Positions 28,001 to 40,016 of a DNA stretch of 64,000 bases are shown here, piece by piece (position 1 is the first letter of the stretch; every line of letters begins with the position of its first letter). The position numbers were made by a program, and so were the translations under genes. Origin of the DNA: the human T2T-CHM13v2.0 reference genome, Homo sapiens; the NCBI RefSeq assembly GCF_009914755.1, contig NC_060931.1; one strand, given 5' to 3'. Below the pieces are notes generated by a model. That model did no database searches. It was not told the origin of the DNA and was given only the letters and a program-made list of their open reading frames with translations.

Positions 28001-30294
28001 TAAGCTAGAACTATCTTAAAAACTGAGGTCAGATTTGGTCCAAGGTCACACTAATATATCTCTCCTTGTCTACTAGTGACTTTTGCTGCATGTTACCTCA
28101 GGCTACATTTTTAGCATTCCCTCTGGCATGTTGAGATTAGATAATGACATTTCTTGGCCAGAATAAAACACAAGGTCAATTCTAAAGAATATAATAGTGC
28201 ATTTTTCCATGCAACTTTGCATTTGCTTATCTATAGTACACAGACAGTTCATTTTAAAGCATGGGACTTATGATCCACTACTGGCACATACTAAATCCCT
28301 CCTACAGGATACCTCACTGCCATTGTCCCACCCTATATGACTACCTCTCAAGCCCTCAGCAAAATCCCTGAGAAAATAAACACAGTGGAAGGAAGAATTC
28401 TCCAGCTCCTACTGTAAGAGGCTGAGGGAGTTTATCCTCCCACTGCCTGAAAAAGGTGGTAGTTTCATCAGCAGAATGTTTCCCACTGAGATAATGTTAC
28501 AAGGGATGACTGGTATATGTAAATCCACAAGAGCTATTATTTAACTTTATTGTGAATTAAATAAGATTTTGTTTAACCCCAAACAAGTATCAATTATTTG
28601 TTAAAGTACTTAGGAAAAACAACCCGTTGGTAGGTTGATAGTAGGAAGAAGAATTTTGAAATATCATGAATTATGCTTGGTATTTTATTTTTCTTCCTAA
28701 AACTTCGACATTTTTTTTAAGTAACAATAATAATGAAAACCCACATTTGGCCTGAGAGAGCCAGCTTAGCTCTCATAATCACCCTGTCACATGCACTGAA
28801 CCTGATTAGAGTCAATTAGTAAATGAAATTAGTAAATAAAAATATACTTGAGTTTTGCTCTCTGAATGAAATGCAAGGCTTATATAATTCAAGCAATTTT
28901 CTCAACAAAACATATAGATGCTTAGTTAAAATGAAGTAAAAAACATCTTATAAACCACAAACGATCTCCAAAATGAAAAAAAATTGTCAACTTAAAAATT
29001 AAAATACAATTATAATTACTTCTTGTATGGCTATTGGTACTGACCTACATGGCGCAATATACTTAATATGCAGTAATGGGTTTACTTTGCTTAGTCTAGG
29101 TCTTATCTAGAAAGGCACACCTAGAAGTGGGTTTAGGATCCTGATTACAGGATTGCATTATCAGTAATTCAGATGATCTGAAAACTTGAAAATAATGCCC
29201 TTACTCCTTGATTTAAATATTATCTACAAACAACCATTATTATTAGGAGAAACTCAACAAAAAGCCAATAGATACACATTTCCGTCTACATGCAGCAATA
29301 TGTCTTTGTGCTATCTAGGAAATGTCACTGTATGTTGAAGGAACCTGCACTATGCTACTTCAACCTTCTCTATTAGATAAAGTAACTGTCAGTAACTGGG
29401 TTGAAGCTAGAGCGCACAGACAGCTCTTTATATCTATAAGGAGTGCAATGAGCCATCCAAGCTAACTCAGCAGAGAGAACATTCACTAACAAAATGATTG
29501 TGGAGATCCATTGACTTGATGGATGTCTGGGATTGTATGGCATAGAGGAGCCCGTGACAAAAATGGTACAGATTTGAAAGCCATTATCAGCTTCCTTTTA
29601 TCCATTCTGGCATGGTTTATTAATATGAGACAGGCTCCCTGTTTCCTCTCTCTTTAATGATACTGCTCCATGAACCAATGAATGTTTTCATTTGGAAAAT
29701 AAGAAAGCACTGATATGTTATCTGAACTGTGGCTTCTTTAGTGGTGCCAAGGGAATAAATATGCTAATTCTCTGCTTTGAAGAATGTACTAGGTAAGGCC
29801 CATTACTTCACTGATTTCAGTGATTTTTATGCCCAGGTGAGAAAAGGTTAATACTACATACCACAGGATATTTCATTATGCAAAAGTTTTGATTTAGGAA
29901 TGTAATGGGGAATTTCAGTGACATGTTTTGACGTACTTTCAAATGGTAATTTTCATACTCTGTTCTCCAAAGTAAAGTTTAATTCATCATTTGTTAATTA
30001 ACTCAAAGCAATTTACCTCAAACTATTGCTTGATTCTTCATAAAAGAAGCAGTTACTATGAAAAGCTACCACAGAAATCTTGAAATATTCACAAAGTCTT
30101 ACACAAATAATGCTTTTTAATATAGGAATAAAAGACAGTCTTCCTCTTATGCACACAAATGTACAAAAACACATTCCTCAAAGAAATATTTTCTCAGAAC
30201 ATCAGGGCTTTCATAGAAGGAGCTAAAAAACAGCAGAAGTGCCAACTAGAAAGAAGAGTTTTCCCTAGCTTTAAAACTGGAACGAAACAACTCT

Positions 30295-30815
30295 CAACAT
30301 TTGCAAAACATTCCTTTATTATTAGAAATAAATTATTTGTATAAAAAATTGCATGCATCAATCATTGCATTTATTTTTAGCACAACCCAGGGCTTCAATC
30401 TGGTCAGCCATTACAAGAAACAGACTCATTGTCTTATACAAGTTAAACAATGTGGGACAGGAACGGGAGTTCTCACAATCACAGAAAAATACAAGAATAA
30501 CATCAGACATTATTTATTTCAACAGCATTTTTTTCACGAGCTAACATTAGTTTTCCTTTTGTGATTTGTTTTAACTGCTCATGAATAAGCAATACTTTAG
30601 CTTGACACTCATTGGTTTTATTGTATAAAACGGGTTTCTTCACTCCCCGTTTATTGATACTTTTGGCTCATGGCTAATTTTTGTTCCTTACAAGACTGAC
30701 TATTGATTTGATTGATTGTAGTCTACGGAGATCTCCAGGAGTGAATTTTTGCGGTCTCATGTTCATCATTTAAGATCATATACCACGTCTCTTCAGATTG
30801 TGCCATTTCCCTGTT
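30295..30815 (-). other. GRM8: GRM8 3' UTR (distal end approximate)
   Basis: Repeat-free sequence after the TGA. The last AATAAA of a cluster is at 30320-30315, followed ~20-40 nt later by a GU-rich tract (TGTTGAGAGTTGTTTCGTT on minus). Confidence 0.8.
30315..30320 (-). terminator. Likely main polyadenylation signal (AATAAA) of GRM8
   Basis: Plus-strand tttatt at 30315-30320, with upstream UGUA elements and a downstream GU-rich element. Confidence 0.75.
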
Positions 30816-30865
30816 TCAGATTGAATGATTGCTGTAACTGATATATGTTGTCTTGGTAGAGGAAG
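30816..30865 (-). CDS. GRM8: GRM8 terminal exon, coding part (mGluR8a tail TSSTKTTYISYSNHSI*)
   Basis: Acceptor TTTATCTTAACAG|CTTCCTCTACC; phase 1 joins A+CT=Thr with the previous exon; CT TCC TCT ACC AAG ACA ACA TAT ATC AGT TAC AGC AAT CAT TCA ATC TGA. Too short for the ORF track. Confidence 0.97.
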
Positions 30866-31519
30866 CTGTTAAGATAAATGAGGACAAATTAAAATAGTAT
30901 ATAATAATACATCCTTTTGTTAATATGATTTTAAAATTCAAGTCCTGTAATGACTTTTTAATAATATCCAGCTTTTACAGCATGTTACTCATTATTTTTA
31001 AACCATTCACAGTCATGCACAGCACAACGACATTTGAGCTCGACAGCAGACTGCATTATATAAAGGTGGTCCCATGAGATTATAATGGAGCTGAAAAATT
31101 CCTATCACCCAGTGAACACATAACACAACACAACACATAACACAACACATAATTCACATGTTTGTGGTTTGTTGTGTAAACAAATTTCCTGTACTACCAG
31201 TCATGAAAAAGCATAGCACATACAATTATATACAGTACATAGTACTTGATAATGATAACAAATGACTATGTTGCTGGTTTAAATATTTACTACACTATAC
31301 TTTTTATCATTATTTTAAAGTAGACTTCTTCTACTTATACATTATAAAGTTAACTGTAAAATGGCCTCAGGCAGGTCCTCCAGGGGTATTCCCGAATAAG
31401 GCATTGCTATTACAAGAGATGACAGCTCCATGTGTGTTATTGCCCCTTAAGACCTTCCAGTGGAATAAGATATGGAGATGGAAGTGATATTGATAATCCT
31501 GACCCTGTGGAGGCCTAGG

Positions 31520-31522
<3 letters not shown>

Positions 31523-31570
<48 letters not shown>
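31523..31570. repeat. (GT)24 microsatellite
   Basis: Perfect dinucleotide run inside Tigger3b. Confidence 0.97.
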
Positions 31571-31571
<1 letters not shown>

Positions 31572-31844
31572 TTAGTTTTTAATACAAGAAGTTTAAAAAG
31601 TAAAATGAATAAATAAAAATAGAAAAAAGTCTATCCTTGAGTAAGGGTATAAAGAAAATATTTTTTATAGCTGGACAATGTGTTTGTGTTTTAAGTTTTT
31701 ATTACAAACAAGTCAAAATTTAAAAAGAATAAAAAGTTCATAAAGTAAAATTTATAGTAAGCTAAAATAGTATATATTGAAAAAGGAAATGTTTAAAATA
31801 AATTTAGTGTAGTCTAAGTGTAGAGTTTTTATAATATCTACAGT

Positions 31845-32148
31845 GGCTGGGTGCAGAGACTCACGTCTGTAATCCCAGCACTTTGGGAGGCCTAGGCAGG
31901 TGGATCACGAGGTCAGGAGTTTGAGACAAGCTTGACCAGCATGGTGAAATCCTGTGTCTACTAAAAATACAAAAATTAGCCGAGCATAGTGGCACATGCC
32001 TGTAATCCCAATTACTCAGGAGGCTGAGGCAGGAGAATTGCTTGAACCGAGAGGCAGAGGTTCCAGTGAGCCGAGATCGCGCCACTGCACACCAGCCTAG
32101 GCAACAGAGCAAGACTCCATCTCAAAAAAAAAAAAAAAAAAAAAAAAA
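31845..32148 (+). mobile_element. AluS (Sg/Sx-like) nested in Tigger3b
   Basis: ggatcacgaggtcaggagtttgagac; A25 tail; tacagt repeated at both flanks. Confidence 0.92.
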
Positions 32149-35100
32149 TTTACAGTACTGCCATGTCCTAGGACTTCACATTCAATCACCACTCATTCAC
32201 TTAAAGATCCAGGGCAACTTCTAGTCCTACAAGCTCCATTCATAGTAAGTTCCCTATTTACATGTATACCATTTTTTATCTTGTATACTCTATTTTTACT
32301 GTATCTTTACTATGTTTAGATATGTTTAGATATACAAATATCATTGCATTACAACTGTGTACACAATTCAGGACAGTAACATGCTGTACAGGTTTGTAGC
32401 TTAGATAGACTAGGCTACACCATATTGCCTGGGTGTGTCGTAGGCTATACCATTTGGTTTGTGTAAGTACACTGTATGATGTTTGCGCAAAGACAAAATT
32501 GCCTAACAACACATTTCTTAGAACATGTCATCAAGCAATCCATGACTGTAGTAAAAATTAAATGACAGTAGAAACAAAAATGCTGCAGCAATTTTAATCT
32601 GTCAAAATCAGTAGCCTCATTTATAGTATATAAATATTTACTAGAAAACTAAAAATATAAAAGTGCTAATCTTTAATATTTTGGTAAAATTTTACATTTG
32701 CACATATGTAAAATGAAAGAACAGATCAATTATCTGTCCTACAAAATATAAAAAATATTTTTTACTACCTAAGTCAAAGACCTCAATTCTTAGAGGCTGA
32801 TGTAATGACCAAGAAAGGTAAGTAATTATAATTAGCTGTCCTATGAGAATGAATACCTCTTCCACTTAAAAATACACAATAATCTTAGACTCTAGAGGTA
32901 AACATGCTAAAATATCAAATATATAGAAAACATGTGAATTGCCAATGCATATTTATGGTTTCTTTTGGTTTCATCAAAAGGAGACAAATGAAGATAAAAT
33001 TTAAGAAAATAAAGACTCAAATAAAGAAATGTTTAATTGTTCTGTTGCCAACATACTGTAAAGTAAAACTCATTATTGTAAGGCCATTACAGAGATATTA
33101 TGCCAAATTTATACTCATGCCTAAGCTTCTGGAGAATATAAATCTAAATCCAAATAATTCCTTTGTATTGTTGAAAGATGTGATGCAATGAATCTCTGTC
33201 CTAAAATTCAAATGTGATGTCCTATTTTTTCATGTAATTCTGGAATGAATAATCGTAAGATAAAAGATACTTTAAAAAGCAAAGAATGTATGTGTTTCAA
33301 TATATGAATCCAATTCAGGATGAAACAGATTTTTAGAAAATAATTTATTTATTGAACATTGAATAAGACTAGAAATTGTAAAGTTCCTCCTCGGAAATAA
33401 CTGACAATCAGACTCATTCCATCTTAGTGACACTATTGATGGATTAGACAAGTTCTTACCAGAGACCAAGTTCATACAAAGTTCACAACCACTAAAATTA
33501 ACTCAGATAGCCCTAAGAAGTGCTACTATAGATGTTTTTTTCATTGTTGTTATTTTTTATTTCATTGAATATTATGAGCTTCAGGCTAAAAATAGTTGAC
33601 ATATCTGCTTATCTTATCTACATTGCTTATCCTTCTAGGTTATTATTGTGGCACCCTGCAAAGGAAGTAGACTTTAGACCTGGTTTTAAATTACATTCTA
33701 TTCCCTGCAAAATGCGTGAAAAAAAAAATCATTGGGCCAGGTTACTGGGCCTCAGTTTTATCACTGGTTCAAAACCTACAATACTGTGTTCCTGTAAGGT
33801 CAAAAGCAGAATAGATCGGGATGGAACAGCTGTAGTCTGGAAGAACCAATATAGAACCAGCCTCCCTCCCTCCTTTCCTCCCTATCTCCCTTCCTTTCTT
33901 CCTTCCTTATTTTCTTTTCTTTCCATGAACCATACATGAGACCTAATGGAGTCTTACTTTCTACTTAACCTTTCCAAAAGGTAAAATATTTGTTACATTT
34001 GGTTTGGTGTGAAGTGAAACACAATGATTTTCTATGATCACTCACTTTTACTTTCTATTTTTAATTTATATAATACTCTCGTATGCCTCTAAATTTCCTC
34101 TAAGAAAATAAAATCTGTCCTTCAGTTCTGCTTTTGAAGGACTTTCATATAATCTTCACAGACAAGGTGGAGAAAAATTGTCATAAGAGTGATAAAAATG
34201 ACTGTTAAAAGGGTCATCCAACTTCCTACACTGTTCAATATTTTCAACAATAACTAAAATGTATGAAATAGTTATAAAATTTGTATATAGCTAGAAAAAG
34301 AATTATGGTTGAAATAGAGTAGCAAGAGCTGATAGATCTTGAACAATAAAGTTTTCAGAAGATGTCCATTCAACAGATGGCAGTTTGGATTAGATCAGTT
34401 TTAAGGATCTTTCTAACTTTGGGGCTCTGTAGCTAATTAAAAATTAACATATTATTTTTTGAACTCTTAAACGTGGTTTCTAGAAAGAAAATGGTAGAAT
34501 TCTATTGAGAATTGAGAAAACAATTCACAAAAGGACAGCAATGCTAATTTTCCTACTGGTTAGAAAAGGAAGTGTAAGGTTCTGGAATCAGATGATTTAG
34601 TCAACATGAAAGCAATGATAAGGGACAAACTTTGTGGATGGCAGATACCTCGCAAGAATCTTTATCCCAGAAGTATTATAGAGCAAAATGAATCAGAGAT
34701 GTACCAATGAGTTCATAGGGAGATGTTTTTCACGGTGCTGATGAATATGCTCATATGAAAATCAGTTTTTGAGCACAGCAACAGTAAATTAATTTCCTTG
34801 TGTGCATCACACTGTGTTCATAAGCTAGAAAAAACAAATCTACCTCCAGCAGCAGCTGTTTTCATGAATTATTCATGAACATAGCTTAAAGAATACTATG
34901 TACAGCATTTGTTAATTGGGTACAGTTGGCAAAATTCATATATATCAACTTTGTTTCTAACTCCCCTCGCACTCTGTTGTGAAATAACACTTGACCTTTT
35001 TTAAAAATGTAAACTATAGTCTGCAAATTCAGCAACTAACACAACACTCATTGGTTTCCCATCCAGCTTCGTATTACTTATATTTACTCTGTGTAGCTTT

Positions 35101-36574
35101 TGAAACTTTAAAATCTTGAACACAGATCTACCCTTTCATTGTAGGATGGCCATGGAAGTGAACAAAGGTTAAAAATGGTGATCTGGAGTAGGATTGTGGA
35201 AGGATGTGTGAAGATGTCACACATCTTTCTCTCCTGAATGAGTACACTGTAATCACTTTACTTCGGCCCAACTTATTCAAACCTAAATTATACTCCTGTA
35301 AAAGATCAATGCACTAAAATCTCCAAAGTACAATTAAACTTTTTTTTCAGGCAGTAACTGATATTATCTTGATTTACTTTTTGACTTTACTTCACCTTCT
35401 AAACGTGAGCATCTGACTCCTCCAGAATATTATAGGCTTACCCTCCAAATAGGCCTTGTTTTTGCAATCTTTCATTCTTATTTTAGAGAAAATAGAGAAA
35501 TACATGCAGGCTATATAATTTCCATTTCAACATTAATAGAAAATAACCAAAGGAAAACAGTATCTGTATGAGATTTGCTTCAATAATATGAGATTGGTTC
35601 TTATCAATACTGAGAATTTTGTTTTTCAGGGCATGTATTTATTCTTTTAAAGTGGTGAAAAAGTTTATTAAATTTTTTCTCCACCACTTTCCAAAGGTGA
35701 GTCTGAATGACTGGTATTTATATCACTATAAGTTTGGTTCTTTTATTTGGCAACCATATTTTATAAAGTTTTCTGGATTGCTGCTAAAAAAGAAAAAAAA
35801 AAGAGAAAAACAGGTAAAACAATAGACTCTGGTGAGTCATAGTGAGAAGTGCCAGTGTTCAAATTACATCACTGGCCAACAGCAGTTTATTGGCATCCTA
35901 TAATAGCTTTCAACTTCCTACACTAATGCTGTCAAGGTAGGAAAAAAGGTAAAATTCTGTCCTCAAATCACAAGCATTCTACTTTGATGCCTTTAATGGC
36001 AGTTACCGTATACCTTTTGCTAAGAGCCGAAATAGGTTTATCATTAGTAAATTGCTTACCTATACTCAGAGATGATTGTAATGATTTGTTACTAAAGCCC
36101 ATCCTTACCTTGCTTCGCATATTTCTTACTTCACAAGGTTTCATGTTTGCAGAAAGGTGAATATGTGGAGGGTGTTTGTGAAATTCTTGTAAGGTTCATT
36201 TCTCTACACGTGACTAAATTTGGTATTGGTGACCCGAAGATAATCTTTTTAGAACCAATCTGGCTAATGATTCCAGGTAAGCTGATAGTAACTGAAACCA
36301 ATATGTCTAATTAAGCAATGCTAATTAACTATCACAGGATAGTTCTGTGTATGGTAAATTAGAGTAGACAATGCTTATCTAGAAATCTTGATAGAAAAGA
36401 AGGTTTGTAGATGGAATGTAGACCATAAGTTGCTATAATAATTAAACCAAATAAAATTAATTTTTAGTTTTTTCTTATATTTAGTGTCAAAAGTATGGAG
36501 AGTAGGGGATACAGACTGCTGGATGAATATGAGAGGAAGAGAATATTTTTGCATAGGATTTTGTCCTTAATGCC

Positions 36575-36890
36575 TGATCGGGTGTGGTAACTCACACCTG
36601 CAATCCTAGCACTTTTGGAGGCTTAGGTGGGAGGATCACTTGAGCCTAGGAGTTAGAGACCAGCCTGGGCAACAGAGTGAGACCCTGTCTCTACAAAACA
36701 AACAAACAAACAAACAAACAAACAAAATTAGCTGGGCATGACAGCACATGCCTGCAGTCCTAGCTATTTGGAAGGCTGAGGTGGGAGGATCACTTGAACC
36801 CAGGAGGTAGAGGCTGCAGTGAGCCTAGATCATACCACTGCACTCCAGTCTGGGCAACAGAGCAAGCTCCTGTTTCAAACAGAAAAAACA
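36575..36890 (+). mobile_element. AluJ with (AAAC)n expansion in the middle A-rich linker
   Basis: gggaggatcacttgagcctaggagtt, cagcctgggcaac, gaggctgcagtgagc diagnostics. Confidence 0.9.
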
Positions 36891-37787
36891 AATATTGAAT
36901 CCCTATGCTATATTCCAAAAGACTGGAAGCCACTCTAATACAAGTACCTTTGCTTTTCTTTCTTTTTTGATTCATCTGTAGAACCTAGTAAGGTAAAGGT
37001 TGTAATGTTTACCATATTCAGCTTCCTGGTATTTTACCATACAAATCTTCAAATTATTTGCCACTCTTTCATAGATACCAAGATGGGCTTCAATAGATCA
37101 GTTAAATTCTACTGGTTGAGCACAGATTTCTGTGTATTGTTATCATGTGCTTTTTCCTGGGTGGACTGTAGAGACGAAAATAGGTAAAGAAAAGAAAAAT
37201 GGAAAGGTGGTTGTAGAAAAGATTCTATTTCCAGGATCATGAGGCTTTTAAAGAAGAACTTTAATTATCTTAATATATCCAAGAAGGGAAGTCAAGGGAA
37301 GCCCTCAGGAAGCCCAAGGAAAGGGGACCACGTGGGAGAAACAAGTATTAACTGTGACTTAACTAAACATATTGGCTAACTAGAGTTCTCATTTCCCTAA
37401 AGGCACAAATAACATCATTTATATGTGTAAGATCTGTAGTGATATTCTGTAAGTATCAGCAAACTACTGATACTATAAAAAGCACCCAGTATGGAACAAG
37501 AAAAATTGTGGAATTGTTTCCAAGTACTAAAAGATAATTTTTATAAGAAGATGACGCTTTCAAATATCAAGCTTTGTAATGCTTCAAAAGAAAGATCTGA
37601 ATGTCATGCTTTGTAAAAGAGATTTTGTGAGCAAGTTTGTACTCTGTAGAACAGCCGCTCATCTTGAGACCATTTGCTTCGAATGGTTTTAAATGTGATG
37701 GTGTCACGGTATGTGAGTACCATCATGCCCCTGGAAACATGTAGCACAATCCCCAAGACTAGGAGAAGAATGTTCAACGTACATCTA

Positions 37788-37837
37788 TTAGGAAGTGCTC
37801 CCGCTCTTGACCATCGGAAACTCTACAGATGACTTAC
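37788..37837 (-). CDS. GRM8: mGluR8b-specific exon extension encoding tail [16 protein letters not shown]
   Basis: Reading through the first donor gives [16 protein letters not shown] then TAA (37790-37788) and TAG. A second donor AT|GTACGT at 37782 makes the extension exactly 55 nt (37837-37783), matching the known 55-nt mGluR8b insertion. Confidence 0.95.
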
Positions 37838-38084
37838 TGTTGGTTTCAAGACTCTCACAGAGTTCACTTTTCACCTCGCCATTTGGTCTGTCATTTCCTT
37901 TTTGGATCAGTTTGCTTTGCATGGTGGCAGCTGTCACCACAGCCTTGAAGCTCCTCTTGCGTTTTTGAACATTCTGTTCTGGATGAAAAATTATAATATA
38001 AACCTTGGGCATATAGAGCATGCCCAGAGATACTGAAGCACTTAAACTCATGGAGACAGTAAGTGTTGTTGTCTGGATGTACAT
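37838..38084 (-). CDS. GRM8: GRM8 penultimate coding exon (TM7 plus proximal C-terminal tail), mGluR8a donor
   Basis: Minus strand TTTTTTCTTCCCTCAG|ATGTACATC acceptor; 247 nt encoding [82 protein letters not shown] plus 1 nt; donor AACA|GTAAGT at 37837. Recognised as group III mGluR8 sequence, with KRKRSF (calmodulin/PKA region) and VKSE (SUMO consensus). Confidence 0.98.
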
Positions 38085-39187
38085 CTGAGGGAAGAAAAAA
38101 AAAAGAATCACTGTTGGTAAGCCTAACAGTAGGAGATAAAGCAAATAACATACTATTTTCTAAAATTGTTCCAGCTTCTCTGCTAAAGGCACATTAAAAG
38201 GCACTTATTGAAATTGTCCTTAATTATAGTCAACCATTCCTGTGTCCTAACCTGCAAATGTAAATGAGTAAGGTTATTTTTTTATTGAACCCAATTTATT
38301 AAAATAAAAATACAAACAACCAAGCTGGTGGAGTTTATTTTCCTTTTTAGATTATAAATAAACATACATAAGGAAGGGGACCAAACCAGTCTGGCAAAAC
38401 ACTAACACTTAATGCCACACAGAACTTCTTTAGAAGGTACTAGTGGGCCAAGTGTTATTGTAGCAATAAGTTTAACCCAGAAGGTAAGTATACATAGTGA
38501 AAATAGAGTGGGAGTGCAACATTCCAGAACATCACTATTACACACCAGTGCTTGAATAATGCTAGTGGTTGCATCTTCACATCATTACATAATTCCAACT
38601 ACCAAAAATCACAAGCATGTCATAAGGGCTTGATTTTTTTTAACAGTCCCTCTAAAGAACACTTCCAGAAGGTTCTCAGTGATAGCATCATATCGAAATA
38701 AGTCAGGTGCTTTTATAAAATATGTAAGATCTCCTCCCTCCAAGATATATGCACTGGGATATGGTCCCGGTCACTGCATTCTGAAATTCTCCCCCTGTGC
38801 TCATTGCTTGCCCTTATCCCACTGAAATCGACTGCTCTGATACTTACAGAGAGAGCTCTTTCTGGAAGGTTTTTCTTTCTACAAGCTAGAGGTTAAGAAT
38901 CTGAAAAAAAAACCAAAGCTAAAATCACTGCTTTGGCTTTTTCTTTTTTGGTTATGGTATAGAAACAGAAACAGCAGTATTTCATTCTTTAAAAACAGAA
39001 ACAAAAACCTTTGATCTGGTTCCACTTTTCATGTCCTGAGCTCAAAATAGAATTTTCCCCAAATAACTTGGGATACTGAGGCCACGGAGAAACCACATCT
39101 TAAGACTGTAAAGAGATTCTCCCTTTGTCATATCTACGACCCTCATTAATAGATCTGTTCACTCTATTTACATCTCTGAATATGATC

Positions 39188-39252
39188 CTGATTAGTTGGA
39201 TTTTTTAAATATGTTTTAATCTGTTAGTCTTGCTAACATCTATCATACTAGT
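39188..39252 (+). repeat. Copy 1 of a 65-bp direct duplication
   Basis: 59/65 identical to 40017-40081, no gaps. Confidence 0.92.
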
Positions 39253-39311
39253 TAGATCTCATCTGGCAATCCTCAAGACCAAACTAATTGTGTCCTTTTA
39301 AATAAAGAATC

Positions 39312-39342
<31 letters not shown>

Positions 39343-40016
39343 AAACCATTCGCCCTCAAGGGTAAATAACTGAATCAGCATTAGTGTTGCCTTTTCCTAG
39401 AGGAGAAGGTTTCTCTTAACAGATGGCAAAACCTTGCGGTAAAGAACTGTCCAAACCATGAGCAGGATGTGAGGCACAAGTTAAGAAACTGTCTTTGGAT
39501 ATAAAATCATACCATGCACACTGCTGAATTTACTGCCCAGTTCATCTGCCACTAAGGCTGTCCTTGCATCCTTGCATAAGAGCTCATTGTTTAAGTGTGG
39601 AAAATGCTTTAACGAGATTTACTACAAAGTTTACAAGATTTACTACAATTAAGACCATCCCAATGAAATAGGGATGTGTACGTTTACGGCTTATAAATCT
39701 CCTAAGTTTTGCCATCTACTTTTAAGCAACCTATTATTTTAAACATTCCTAAGCTTCCTAAGTATTGGTTAATCTTTTTTGAATTCCTGCTTATTTTCAA
39801 GCTAGCATTGCTGCAAAAACCTACATAGAAAATTGACTGCAGAGAGAGGACATAAAGGTAAGAAAAGAATGTGGCAAAGTACAAACCACACCCATACATG
39901 TTCCAATGCCAGTCAAATAGAAAACCACCAGTCAGACTCTTTCAAGTCAATTTAGCCTAAAAACAAACAAACAAATCCAACGACGAAACAGCCATAAAAT
40001 GATGGGAACATCTATA

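Larger units (their letters stand above)
31010..32548 (+). mobile_element. Tigger3b (Golem-type) element, complete, interrupted by an Alu
   Basis: Termini cagtcatg...catgactg|TA; ggtggtcccatgagattataatggagctgaaaaattcctatc; ~1230 bp once the Alu is removed. Confidence 0.88.
30866..37837 (-). other. GRM8: GRM8 last intron (6972 nt for 8a; starts at 37782 for 8b)
   Basis: GT...AG boundaries with frame-consistent joining. Confidence 0.95.

Noticed and set aside
31845-36890. Alu pair in the last intron as a dsRNA or circRNA driver
   Set aside because: Both Alus are in the same orientation and cannot pair.
38085-38144. N-terminal part ([20 protein letters not shown]) of ORF 37788-38144, which looks like a signal peptide
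   Set aside because: It is the translated polypyrimidine tract and acceptor of the intron; mGluR8 similarity begins exactly after the CAG.
37891-38151. Overlapping 86-aa alternative-frame ORF on the GRM8 exon
   Set aside because: Starts in the intron, has no recognisable similarity, and is an expected shadow ORF.
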